Assembly (NCBI GenBank): GCA_040218735.1
Contig: JAVJQW010000062.1
Location: 288,001 to 352,000 of the forward strand
Direction of reading: 5' to 3'
DNA from: Deltaproteobacteria bacterium
Lineage (GTDB): Bacteria; Myxococcota; Kuafuiibacteriia; Kuafuiibacteriales; Kuafuiibacteriaceae
Length of the DNA stretch: 64,000 bases
Position numbers and translations under genes: made by a program
Notes under the pieces: generated by a model
What the model saw: the letters and a program-made list of their open reading frames with translations, nothing else
The model's database searches: none
Told to the model about the DNA's origin: nothing
Shown here: positions 8,157 through 18,300 of the stretch, piece by piece
Numbering within the stretch: the first letter of the stretch is position 1
Layout: each line of letters starts with the position of its first letter

Positions 8157-9548
8157 TCAGAGCAGACCGATGAGGTGCGCCTTGATGGTCTTGCGAACCG
8201 CGGTGCTCGGGCTGGCTTCCAGCGCACGCATCCACAGCTCCACCGCCTTGGACTTGAAGCCCTGGCGCTCGTAGAGCACGGCGAGGTTCTTGAGTGCGGA
8301 GAATTGTCCCGGTGCCAGCTCGACGACGCGCTCGTACTGCGAGATCGCCTCGTACATCTTGCCGGCGCGGTGTAGGGCAGTCCCGAGCACGAAGTGTGCG
8401 CGCGGGTCGAACGGGTCCGCGCGGACGGCGGTCTGGGCGTGCTCGATCATGCGCTCGAGGTCGCCGGCCTTCGCCGCCTGGGCCGCCTTCGCGACCTCCT
8501 CGGCGGCGCGACGGTTCGCCTCGGCGCGATCCGCGGGCGGCGGGCCGCCCTGCACCTTGCTGAGCACCTCTTCGACCTTGTGGACGAGCTCCATCACGCG
8601 GAACGGCTTCGTGATGTACTCGTCCGCGCCGTAGATGCGCTTCACGTCCTGGATGAAGTTCCAGCCGGTGTAGATCGCCGAGATGATGATCACCGGGACG
8701 TGCGCGTACTGCTGCGACTTCTTGATCTGGCTGCAGATCTCGAACCCGTGGATCTCGGGGAGCATCGCGTCGAGCAGGACGATGTCCGGGTCGTGGGCGC
8801 GGAGCTGATCGAGCGCCTCGCGCCCGCGCGCCGCCGTGACGACCTCCAAGCCGCGGTGTGACAGCGCCTTTTGGATGATGTCGAGGATCTCGGGCTCGTC
8901 GTCGACGGCCAGGACCAGCGGCTTTTCGCGCGCGGGGCGCGGGGCCTTCTCGACGGGGAGCGCCGGGAACGCGTCGAGCGCCGTGCTGGACAGCTCCGGC
9001 TGCATGTCGGCGTCCTGCGCCTGCTCGAGCGGCGCGGTGACGACTTCGAGGTGCGCCTCGTCGTGCTCGGCGGCGGCGCCCTTGCAGACGGCGTCGCCGT
9101 TGTCGCGCGCCATGTACGCGGCGGCGATCATCTCGTCGAGGCGGACCCGCGGGGCGACGTGGGGCAACACGGCCCGGCCCGAGGCAAACGCGATCTCGTC
9201 GAGGAGCGCCTGGTGCTTCGGGTTGGTGATGGCGAGCGCGAGCGCTCCACCGACCTCCCCCACCGGAAGGACGCCGTGGGACGCCGCGACCTCCCGCGGG
9301 AGGACGGCGAGGAGCTTGGTCGGGATGGTGCACTTCGAGAGGACCACGCCGGGGACGCCGAACTGCTCGGCGAGCGCCGTCGTAACCTCGGCTTCGTCCG
9401 CGAATCCGAGGCGGATCAGGGTCGAGCCGAGCGGGAGGAGCGAGACACCCTGGGCCTCGGCGGCCTTTTCGAGCGCGCCCTTCTCCACGGAGCCCCGCCG
9501 CAGGAGGATCTGGCCGATCGTTGGCGTATCGCTTTGGGCCGTCGCCAT
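8157..9548 (-). CDS. Response regulator: GspE-N/MshEN-like domain + REC + TPR
   Basis: IGQILLRRG...LGSTLIRLG...ALAEQFGVP N-terminus, REC motifs VLAVDDE/LLDAMLP/YITKPF, and C-terminal TPRs. Confidence 0.88.
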   Translation of the reverse strand: MATAQSDTPTIGQILLRRGSVEKGALEKAAEAQGVSLLPLGSTLIRLGFADEAEVTTALAEQFGVPGVVLSKCTIPTKLLAVLPREVAASHGVLPVGEVGGALALAITNPKHQALLDEIAFASGRAVLPHVAPRVRLDEMIAAAYMARDNGDAVCKGAAAEHDEAHLEVVTAPLEQAQDADMQPELSSTALDAFPALPVEKAPRPAREKPLVLAVDDEPEILDIIQKALSHRGLEVVTAARGREALDQLRAHDPDIVLLDAMLPEIHGFEICSQIKKSQQYAHVPVIIISAIYTGWNFIQDVKRIYGADEYITKPFRVMELVHKVEEVLSKVQGGPPPADRAEANRRAAEEVAKAAQAAKAGDLERMIEHAQTAVRADPFDPRAHFVLGTALHRAGKMYEAISQYERVVELAPGQFSALKNLAVLYERQGFKSKAVELWMRALEASPSTAVRKTIKAHLIGLL

Positions 9549-9700
9549 GGGGGGCAGGCGGGAAGGTAACGCGCCTTCGGCGAAGTCGGAAGTGTGTACC
9601 ATGTCGATACCGTCAGATCGGACGATCGCCCCGGATCAGAAGGTGCGAGCACACGCACGTGACGAAATTCGAGACGTTCGCGCAGAGCGCCCGCCGGCGG

Positions 9701-10714
9701 TCAGCGGCGGCGACCGACGGTGATCGGGTAGTCCACGTTGCGGACTTCACCCTTGTATTCGCGCCATCGGACCTTCGCGAGCTGCTGGGTCATGCACGCG
9801 TTGAGCTCCGAGCGGCGCAGGAAGCGGTCCTTCAGGCTGACGTTCTGGGCGCGCCCCGCGTTGTTCACCGAGAAGCGCAGCACGATCTGCTCGCCGACGC
9901 TCTCCGGGTCGCGCTGCATCTGACCCACGATGCAACGCTTGAATCCGCTGAACGCCCGGGCGACCCCCGCCATGATCTCCTCGCGCGTGAGCTCGCCCGT
10001 CTGGGCCTTGCCCCCGGAGAAACTCGCGACCCGGCGACGGCGGCGGCGCTTCTTCGACTTCTTGCCCGTCGGCGCGGGCTCGTCGACCAGCGCGAGGAGC
10101 GGCGGCTCGATGGTGACGCTCGCGAGGAGGTCGTCCATCTCCTTGCGGAGGGCGTCCTCCTGCGCGGCCTTGTCGGCCTCCGCCGCCTGCTCGCGCGACG
10201 TGATGATGTACCAAGGTATGGCGACCGCGGCCGCGACGACGACGGCGACGGTGCCGCCGATCAGGGTCGCGCGTTTCTTGAAGCGCTCCTTGGCGACGCG
10301 GCGTGCCTGCTCCTCGGCTTCGCGGACCTCTTCGAGGTGCGCTTGGACCTTCGGCAGGTGCGCGCGGAAGACGCCGATGCGGCGCAGCGGGGAGAACTCA
10401 CCGTCCTCGACGGCCACGAGCGTCTCCGCGTCGACCTCGGCTTTGTAGAGCATCTCGAGGAGCTCTTTGCTCTTCACCGGCCCGAAGACCTGACCTTGCT
10501 GCTGGTACAGCCAGTTCGTGTCGAGGCTGCGGGCTTTGTCGGTGCCCTCCTCGAGCATGTCCGCGAACAGATCCGCGTCGCTCGCGATGCCCGACCCCGC
10601 GCGCGGCGGCGCCTTCGGACGGGGCGGCGGCCGCGGCGGGCCGTCCTGATCGTCCATCAGATCCGCATAGGCGTCCGCGTCGTCCGCGATCCCGTCGTCC
10701 CGCCCTGCCGACAT
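9701..10714 (-). CDS. GYF_2 + TM + AgmX/PglI C-terminal domain protein
   Basis: WLYQQQGQVFGPV GYF-like domain, coiled coil, TM segment, and C-terminal FKRCI...LRFSVNNAG...NACMTQQLAKVRW...VDYPI. Confidence 0.8.
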   Translation of the reverse strand: MSAGRDDGIADDADAYADLMDDQDGPPRPPPRPKAPPRAGSGIASDADLFADMLEEGTDKARSLDTNWLYQQQGQVFGPVKSKELLEMLYKAEVDAETLVAVEDGEFSPLRRIGVFRAHLPKVQAHLEEVREAEEQARRVAKERFKKRATLIGGTVAVVVAAAVAIPWYIITSREQAAEADKAAQEDALRKEMDDLLASVTIEPPLLALVDEPAPTGKKSKKRRRRRRVASFSGGKAQTGELTREEIMAGVARAFSGFKRCIVGQMQRDPESVGEQIVLRFSVNNAGRAQNVSLKDRFLRRSELNACMTQQLAKVRWREYKGEVRNVDYPITVGRRR

Positions 10715-10771
10715 GCCGGCGCATGGTATGCCACGAATTCGGGCTGCGTCGAGAGCCCCTCGTGAATCCAT

Positions 10772-11476
10772 TCAGTAGACGACGCGCGTGAGGTAGAGCC
10801 CGTCCGGAGCCAGCGGTGTGGCTGTCCGCGTGCGGTCCCGAGTATGGGAGAGCGCGACGAGGTAGTCGTCCGGGGCACCGGCTTGGACCGCGGCGATCGC
10901 GGTCGCGGTCAACACGCGTACCTGCCGTCGCAGGAACCCGTCGGCGGCGAGCTCGACGCGGAGTCGTGACCCGTCGCGTCGTGCCCGCGCCGTGTGCAGG
11001 TGACGAACGGTGCTCTTGCCCCTCGGGGTGTCGCGCGCGAAGGCGGAGAAGTCACGGCGCCCGAGCAGCTGGACCAGTAGTCGGTCGACGCGCGTCGCGT
11101 CGACGTCGCTGTCGACGAAGTAGACGTAGGCGCGACCCCGCGCGGAGAAGGCCGCGTGGAAGTGACGCGGGACCTCTTCGACGTTGAGCGCGGCGAGCGC
11201 TTCGGGTGCAGCGCGATCGATGACGTCGCGGACCGCTTCCGTCGTCACGGGTGTGCGCGTGTGAAACGAGATGACCTGCCCGGTGGCGGAGACACCGCGG
11301 TCGGTGCGCCCGGCGACGGCGAGGCCGGTCGCTTCGATCGGCTCGAGCGCGGCGCGCAGGGCACCTTCGACCGTCACGCGGTCGGGCTGTCGCGCGAATC
11401 CGAAGAACGCCGCGCCGTCGTAGGCGAGCGTCACCTTGAACGTCCGGCGCGGACGCTTCGGCGGGGTCGCGGTCAA
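10772..11476 (-). CDS. truA: tRNA pseudouridine(38-40) synthase
   Basis: LAYDGAAFFGF, AGRTDRGVSATGQV, DFSAF, GFLRRQVR and PDGLYL motifs. Confidence 0.95.
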   Translation of the reverse strand: MTATPPKRPRRTFKVTLAYDGAAFFGFARQPDRVTVEGALRAALEPIEATGLAVAGRTDRGVSATGQVISFHTRTPVTTEAVRDVIDRAAPEALAALNVEEVPRHFHAAFSARGRAYVYFVDSDVDATRVDRLLVQLLGRRDFSAFARDTPRGKSTVRHLHTARARRDGSRLRVELAADGFLRRQVRVLTATAIAAVQAGAPDDYLVALSHTRDRTRTATPLAPDGLYLTRVVY

Positions 11477-13335
11477 CGCACCCGGCGGCGGAGCTGCTCG
11501 ATGACGGAGTCGATCTCGGGCGCCATCGGGTGGCTCGGGCCGAGCTCACGCGCGCGTTCGTAGGCGCGCATCGCGGAGTCGTAGCGCCCCGAGAACTGAT
11601 CCGCGGAGCCCTTCAACACCCACGCACGATACGAGCGCGGATCGATCGCGAGCGCGCGGTCCGCCATCGCGCGGGCCTCGCCGAGCCGACCCGTGTCGAC
11701 GTAGACCTGCCCGCTCAGCACGAACACCGCAGCGTCGTCGGGACGCGAGCCGCGCAGCTGATCGAGGAGGCGCCCCGCCTCGCGATACCTTCCGGCGTCG
11801 AGGAGGCGCTCGGCGCGTTTGACGTCCTCGGGTGCGTCCGGCGCCGCGATCGTGGCGCGGTTGGCGTCGGAGGAGTCCGGCGTCACGGTCGCCGTGGCGA
11901 CCGTCGCGGTCGTCGTCGTCGACACGATCAGCGGGGGCGGCGGAGGCGGCGGAGGCGGAGGCGGAGGGTCCTCGCCGCGCATGCTCCAGAGCACCGCGCC
12001 GATCACCAACACCGCGACGAGCGCGACGATCCAGCCGGTGGATCCCGAGCCCCCGCTGACACCCGCTTCGCGCAACACCGCGTCGTCGTCGTCCGCGGGG
12101 CCGGGGCGCCGCGTGCTGATCGGGACCTGCGCCCGCACCCGCGCGGCGGAGTCGGAGCGCATCGGCGGCGCCGATGCCGCGCCGGAGGACGCCGCGCCCG
12201 GCGACGCTCCCACGGCCGCCGCGCCCGAGGACGCCGCGCCCGAGGACGCCGCGCCCGAGGACGCCGCATCGTAGGACGCCGCGCCCGAGGACGCCGCATC
12301 GTAGGACGCGCCCGGCGAAGCGCTAGAGGACGGCGCATCGTAGGACACGCCCGGCGAAGCGCCAGAGGACGCCGCATCGTAGGACACGCCCGGCGAAGCG
12401 CCGGAGGACGCCGCGCCCTGTGACGCCGCGCCCGACGCTGACCCCCGCGCGGCGGATGACGCCGGCGCGCCCGGTGACTGCGCGCCGGACGACTGCGATG
12501 GTGACGCACCCGGCGACGGTGCGGACGACGGCGCGCCCACGCCGCCCACCGGCGGGAGCGGCGCGGCGGCGACGGGCGGCGGCGTCGGGGCCTCCGAGGC
12601 GTCGGACGGAAGCTCGCGCGTCTGCTCGATCGGCTGACGCCCCGGCGCGACGAAGGCGTTCGAGAACGCGTCATCGGAAGCGAGCGCCGAGGGTGCCCCC
12701 TCGCCCCAGTCGTCGCCGACCGCGGTCGGCGTCGGTGCGAGCTCGGAGGCCGGCGCGGCCGGCTGACTCGGCGCGGGGAGCAACGGGTCGTGGCGTTCGA
12801 CGACGCCGAGATCGAAGAGGCGGCGAAGGATGCGCGCGGTCAGCGCGCACGGGTGCCCGGCGGCGCGCGTCACCGACGCGACGGTGTGCTCGCCGTCGAT
12901 GAGCTTCAGGATGGCGGTCGCGGCGTCCGGAATCTGCGCGCTCACCTCGGCGATCCGATCGGATCGTGTGGCGAGCACGGCGGCGATGCCTCCGAGCGGC
13001 GCGACGAGATCGAGGTACGCGAGCGCCGCGACCTCGGCCTCGGCGAAGGCCTCCTCGAACGGGACGGGATCCCCGGGCGCCGCCTTCGGCACCGGGTCGA
13101 CCTCGACGTGACCTTCGCGCGCGATCGCCGCCCACAAGAGCGCGTCGGTGCCGCTCCACACCGCGGTGCGCACCATCGTGATCGCGCCGTCCTGCATGAA
13201 CAGATCGATCGCGGGCGCCGCGTCGCCGGCCGCGTCCGAGGGGACGACGCGAACGAGCTGCGTACGTTCGAGCTGTCCGAGACGTTCGAAGAGCGCAGCC
13301 TTGGATTCGGCGTCGAAGGGGACGGGACGCGACAT
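11473..13335 (-). CDS. Membrane-anchored protein: DUF4388-like N-terminus, low-complexity repeat linker, TM, C-terminal TPR
   Basis: LKLIDGEHTVASV...ILRRLFDLGVV winged-helix-like end of a DUF4388-type region, then AASSG repeats, a TM, poly-Pro and TPRs. RBS GGAG lies before ATG 13335. Confidence 0.7.
   Translation of the reverse strand: MSRPVPFDAESKAALFERLGQLERTQLVRVVPSDAAGDAAPAIDLFMQDGAITMVRTAVWSGTDALLWAAIAREGHVEVDPVPKAAPGDPVPFEEAFAEAEVAALAYLDLVAPLGGIAAVLATRSDRIAEVSAQIPDAATAILKLIDGEHTVASVTRAAGHPCALTARILRRLFDLGVVERHDPLLPAPSQPAAPASELAPTPTAVGDDWGEGAPSALASDDAFSNAFVAPGRQPIEQTRELPSDASEAPTPPPVAAAPLPPVGGVGAPSSAPSPGASPSQSSGAQSPGAPASSAARGSASGAASQGAASSGASPGVSYDAASSGASPGVSYDAPSSSASPGASYDAASSGAASYDAASSGAASSGAASSGAAAVGASPGAASSGAASAPPMRSDSAARVRAQVPISTRRPGPADDDDAVLREAGVSGGSGSTGWIVALVAVLVIGAVLWSMRGEDPPPPPPPPPPPPLIVSTTTTATVATATVTPDSSDANRATIAAPDAPEDVKRAERLLDAGRYREAGRLLDQLRGSRPDDAAVFVLSGQVYVDTGRLGEARAMADRALAIDPRSYRAWVLKGSADQFSGRYDSAMRAYERARELGPSHPMAPEIDSVIEQLRRRVR
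12180..12420. repeat. In-frame 15-bp and 39-bp tandem repeats
   Basis: Several GAGGACGCCGCGCCC units, and three 39-bp units starting at 12301, 12340 and 12379. Confidence 0.9.
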
Positions 13336-13438
13336 CGGCCGCTCCTGGATAACGTGCCGAACGAGAGCGGTCCAGCTTACGAACGGGCGAGTCGACCTTG
13401 GCGTCGGCGCCGAAGATGAGGCAGCCTTCGCCACCGTG

Positions 13439-14098
13439 ATGCGCGTTACATCGTTCGGGCTCGCGGCCCTCCTCCTCCTCGCCGGCTGTCCCGCGAAGGA
13501 GTCCGCGCCGGCGGCCGCACCGACGAAAGAAGCCGCCGCGCCCCCGCCGGCGATCCGCGTCGCGGCCGACCGCGAGGACCTCGTCTTCAGCTACCCGGTC
13601 GAGGGCGGGCGCCGCTTCGAGACCGCGACCTCGGTGGGTGCGATCCCCGAGGACGGTAAGAAAGGCGTCGTCGTGATGGACCTGTCGATGAGCCCGGAGG
13701 AGCGCCAGGCCGGGCGCTACATCTACGTCGCCGACCTCAGCAGCGAAAATCCCGACGGCACCTTCCCCGTCGCGGTAGCGAGCCGCTACGGGTTCGAAGC
13801 CAAGCTCACCGGCACGAGCACGGGCGGCGCAGCGTCCGGGGACGGCGTGGTGGTGTACTCCACCTCGTGGTGCGGCGCCTGCAAGAAGGCGAAGCGCCTG
13901 CTGAAGCAGTGGAAGGTCCCGTTCGAGGACAAGGACGTCGAGGCGTCGGCGTCGGCGCAACGTGAGTTGTCCGCGAAGGCGGCGGCGCAGGGCGTGCGAC
14001 CGAGCGGCGTGCCGGTCATCGACGTCGCGGGGACGCTGTTGATGGGCCTCGACGAAGCGACGCTGAAGCGGACGCTCCAGGCGAAGAAGCTCCTATGA
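13439..14098 (+). CDS. Glutaredoxin (NrdH-like) domain lipoprotein
   Basis: Lipobox LLLAGC; C-terminal VVVYSTSWCGAC...VPVIDV thioredoxin fold. Confidence 0.88.
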   Translation: MRVTSFGLAALLLLAGCPAKESAPAAAPTKEAAAPPPAIRVAADREDLVFSYPVEGGRRFETATSVGAIPEDGKKGVVVMDLSMSPEERQAGRYIYVADLSSENPDGTFPVAVASRYGFEAKLTGTSTGGAASGDGVVVYSTSWCGACKKAKRLLKQWKVPFEDKDVEASASAQRELSAKAAAQGVRPSGVPVIDVAGTLLMGLDEATLKRTLQAKKLL

Positions 14099-15229
14099 CG
14101 GGCGCCGCGCGGGGAGCCGCGACGCCGACGGAATGCCACCTTCGTCGAGGTCGGCGAGCTCGTCCTGCACCTTCGTGCGCGTGAGGCTCTCGATCTCCTC
14201 GCTGACCTCCTGCAACAGCAGTCGGCGGTCGCGCAGCGGGAGGAAGGCGCTCTTGAAACCCATCATGATGACCTGACCGAGCTCCTCGAGCGTAAACTGC
14301 ATTCGCTCGTGCGCGAGCCACAGCTCCTTGGTGACGCTGGTGTCGGTCATCAAGCGGTTGTCGGTGTTGATGGTCACGCGGATGCCGTAGTCGAAGTAGA
14401 AACGCATCGGGTGGTCCTCGAGCGAGGACACTGCGCGGGTCTGCACGTTCGAGGACGGACACACCTCGAGCGCGATGCGGTGGTCGTTGACGTAGTTCAG
14501 CAGATCGCCGTCCTCGGCGAGGCGGCAGCCGTGGCCGATGCGGTGCGCGCCGCAGTAGTGAATCGCTTGGTGGATCGACTCAGGGCCGTACGCTTCGCCC
14601 GCGTGCAGCGTGCAGTTGACGTTGTTGTTGAGGATGAGTCGAAACGCCTCGACGTGGTCCTTCGCCGGGTGGTCGACCTCCGCGCCCGCGAGGTCGAAGC
14701 CCACCACACCGCGGTGTTTGAACGCGATCGCGAGCTCCGCCATGCGCAGCGAAGTCAGCGGATCCATGTTGCGGATGCCGCACAGGATGATGCCGCTCTG
14801 GATGCCGTGGATGCGTTCCGCTTCGCGTAGGCCCTGGACGACGGCCTCGACGATGTTCGGGAGCGGCAGCCCCATCTGGGTATGGAGCACCGGCGCGTAG
14901 CGCACCTCCATGTAGCGGACGTTCTCCTTGGCCGCGTCCTCGGCGAGCTCGAACGCGGTGCGGTAGAGCGCTTCCTCGTTCTGCATCACGGACAGCGTGA
15001 TGGCGAAGGCTTCGAGGTAGTCGGCGAGCGACTCGCAGTTCTCCCCGGCGTGAAGCGCCCGACGCAGGCCCTCGACGTCGTGCGCGGGGAGGCGCACGCC
15101 GTCCTGTTCGGCGAGCTCGAGGATGGTTTCGACGCGGAGCGAGCCATCGAGGTGGCAGTGCAGATCGGTCTTCGGGAGGCGCTCGAGCAGCGCGTACGTG
15201 AGCTCGACGGTCTCGGGGCTCGTCGTCAT
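14093..15229 (-). CDS. add: Adenosine deaminase
   Basis: LPKTDLHCHLDGS, GFDLAGAE, TLHAGE, RIGHG, CPSSN and INTDNR motifs. Confidence 0.96.
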   Translation of the reverse strand: MTTSPETVELTYALLERLPKTDLHCHLDGSLRVETILELAEQDGVRLPAHDVEGLRRALHAGENCESLADYLEAFAITLSVMQNEEALYRTAFELAEDAAKENVRYMEVRYAPVLHTQMGLPLPNIVEAVVQGLREAERIHGIQSGIILCGIRNMDPLTSLRMAELAIAFKHRGVVGFDLAGAEVDHPAKDHVEAFRLILNNNVNCTLHAGEAYGPESIHQAIHYCGAHRIGHGCRLAEDGDLLNYVNDHRIALEVCPSSNVQTRAVSSLEDHPMRFYFDYGIRVTINTDNRLMTDTSVTKELWLAHERMQFTLEELGQVIMMGFKSAFLPLRDRRLLLQEVSEEIESLTRTKVQDELADLDEGGIPSASRLPARRPS

Positions 15230-15359
15230 CGAGCGCGAGCATAAACAGGGCGCGTACGCGTAACCAACTTCTCGCCGGTGCGTCGGGGCGTGCGCGGCGA
15301 GCGGCGTGGGCGCGCACGCGCCCGTGTGGCACGGAACCTGCGGAAGGCGTGGGTCCATC

Positions 15360-18300
15360 ATGACGACGCTCTCTTCGCCGGGGCCCTGCCCCGAAGACCG
15401 GACTCGTTCGCCCGAGAGGCGCGACCGGTCGTCCCGGCCGACGCCGTCCCTCCCGGACGACGCGCTCGACCTCCTGGACGATCCGATCGACGACGGCCCC
15501 GCGGCGGTGTCGTCGCTGCTGTCCCGCGCGCGGCTGCCGATCACCGCGGAGGGCATCCTGTGGTTCATCGGCGTGGTCCTCGTGCTCGCCGGGTCGCTCT
15601 ACTTCACCGAGAGCAACTGGGACCGTTGGTCCCCCCCGGTGCGAGCCTCGGTCGTGACGATCGGCTTGGTCCTGTACCAGGCGTTGTTCGTCGGCCTCGC
15701 CGCGTTCCTGGCGGCGAGGCGCGCGCCCGCACTCCCCGTCCGGGTGCTCGCGGGGCTCGGCGCCGCGTTGGTCGTGATGATCGGTTGGTCGGCGGCGGCC
15801 CTCGCGGGCCACGTGCTCGTGCTCGCCATCGCCGCGGTCATCGCGGCGGCGGCGCTCGCGACGGTCGCGATGCGCGTCGGCGACGTGCGCGCCGAGGCCC
15901 GCGGCGTCGCACGCTGGATGGGCGCAGCGGCGGGCGCGGTGATGATCGCGATGACGTGCTCGCGGCAGCCGGCGCTCCTCGCAACCTCGGTTGCAGCGGT
16001 GGCGACTTTGCTCTTGGCGCGCGCGACGTGGGCCGCGGCGACGGCATCACGCGGAGTGTTCGGCTTCGCGGCGACGTACGCGGCGTACCTCGGCGTCGCG
16101 ACGACGGTCGGGGCAGCCACGCACCCCGACGTCGTCCCCGCCTGGATCTTCGCCCCCGCGATCGCGGCGGTCGCCGTCGTCGTCGATGGGGCAGCGCTTC
16201 GGCGCGTGGCGGGCGGGGCCGCGACGCGGATCGTGGTGATGGTCGCGTCCGTCACCGCGCTCGGGTTCGCGTTGACTTCGAACATCGCGCCGGTCGCCGG
16301 CCGCGTCGCGGTGCTGGTGACGGCGGCGCTGGCGACCTGGGCGCTCTTCGTTCGCGCGCGTCGCGATGGGCGCCGTCTCCCGATGGCGCTCGCCGTCGTG
16401 TCCGGTCTGTTCGTGTACTTCTTCCTGCCGGCGCCGTTCACCGCGGTGATCGAGCTGGTGCTCTCGAGCGCGAAGTCGGCGCTCGGCTACGACGACCGCC
16501 CCCTGCCCGTCGCGTACTACGGGGTCACGTTCGTGCCGTACCTCGCCGCGTGGTGGATCGCGGAGCGCCGCGGCATCTTCGGCGGCCTCGCCTCGGCGGT
16601 GCGCCTCGTGCTGTTCGGCGTGGCGGCGACGCTCATTACGTTGGCGTTCACGCAGTGGTCGGACCCTCGGCCCGTGCTGTTCACGGTCCCGATCTACATC
16701 CTCGCGTTGGCGATCGACGCGCGCATCGGGCGCACGAACCGCGTCGCCCGCTTCGCCACCGTGCCGCTGCACGCGGCGTGTGTCTTGGTGGTCCTCTACG
16801 CGCTGCGCGGGACACACGCGTGGTTGGGCGCGGACGTCTGGTTCTTCGGACTCGCGGCCGCGGCCGCGGCGTTGGCGCCGTGGGCGCGAGGTGTCTTGGC
16901 GGCGCCGGCCGAGCAGACCGCAACCGCGCGACGCACCATCGTTCGAAGCTACGCGACCGCCGCCGCCTTGGCGGCGCTGGCGGGGCCGTTGGTCATCTTC
17001 GGCGTTGGCCTCCCGATCGATCCGGGGCTCTTGATCGCGACGCTTGCGCTGACGTCGGCCGCGCTCCTCACATTTGCGTCGCCCCGCGTGGAGCTCAACG
17101 CGATCGCGCTGCTCGGCGCGCTCGCGGTGGGCATCGCGTCGCGTCCCGAGTTGGCGGCGCCCATCACGGTGTGCGTAGCGGCGGCGTGGGGGGTGCTCGG
17201 GATCGTCCCGGGCGGCGCAACCTCCCTTGCGGCGCGTAGGCTCGCACCGCTCGGCGCACTCGCTAGCGCCCTCCTCGCGCTGCTCGGCGGCGGCGCGTGG
17301 TGGCCTGCCGCCGTCGCGATCCTCGTCCTCACCGCGAGCGCGATTCGAAGCCCGTGGTGGATCGTCGCGGCCGGCCTCGTGTCCGCGGCGCTGTCGGCGC
17401 GCCTCGCGCCGGAGCTCGGGCTCCCCGGCCCGCTCACCGTGGGCGCGGTCGCCTGCATCCTGTCATGGCTCGCCCACGTCCTCGGCGCGCGCTGTCGCGC
17501 GGCGGCTTCATCATCGGCCGGAGCGGCGGTCACGAACGAACCGCGCCCCGCGGCGCAGAGCGCCTCGCCCGCCAGCGAGCTCGCGTCGAGCGAGGCCGGG
17601 GGAACCGAAGCGTACGCGATGAACCACGGCGCGGACCGAGCCAAGCCCGGCGCGCACGCCGACGAGCGGAGCGAATCCCATCCAGCGTACCGTCGCGCAG
17701 GTCGAGCCGAGCTCGCGTCGAGCGCAGCGCTCAGCTCGAACGCCGACGAGCGAAGCGAAGCGACCGCAGCGCACCCGCGACGCGCGGGCGCAGCCGAGCC
17801 CGGCTCGAACGCCGACGAGCGAAACGAGTCGACTGCAGCCCACCCGCGACGCGCCGGCGAAGCGGAGCCCGGCTCGAACGCCGACGAACGATTCGAATCG
17901 ACCGCAGCCCCCCCGCGGCGCGCAGGCGCAGCCGAGCCCGGCTCGAACGCCGACGAACGATTCGAGTCGACCGCAGCGCACCCGCGGCGCGCCGGAGCAG
18001 CCGAGCCCGGCTCGAAGGTCGAGGAGCGAAACGAGTCGACCGCAGCCCACCCGCGACGCGCCGGCGAAGCGGAGCCCGGCTCGAACGCCGACGAACGATT
18101 CGAATCGACCGCAGCCCCCCCGCGGCGCGCAGGCGCAGCCGAGCCCGGCTCGAAGGTCGAGGAGCGAAACGAAGCGAATCCGGTGCACCGGCGCGCAGGC
18201 CGAGCCGAGCTCGGCGCCGGCGACGCCCCGCCTACTCCCGCGCCACAGGGCGTCGCGAAGATCGTATCCGCGGCCCTCGCGCGGTTCGCGGCGCCCCTCG

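Noticed and set aside
17734-18216. 69-bp periodicity resembling CRISPR repeat-spacer spacing
   Set aside because: Whole units repeat, the period is a multiple of 3, and the array lies inside an open reading frame.
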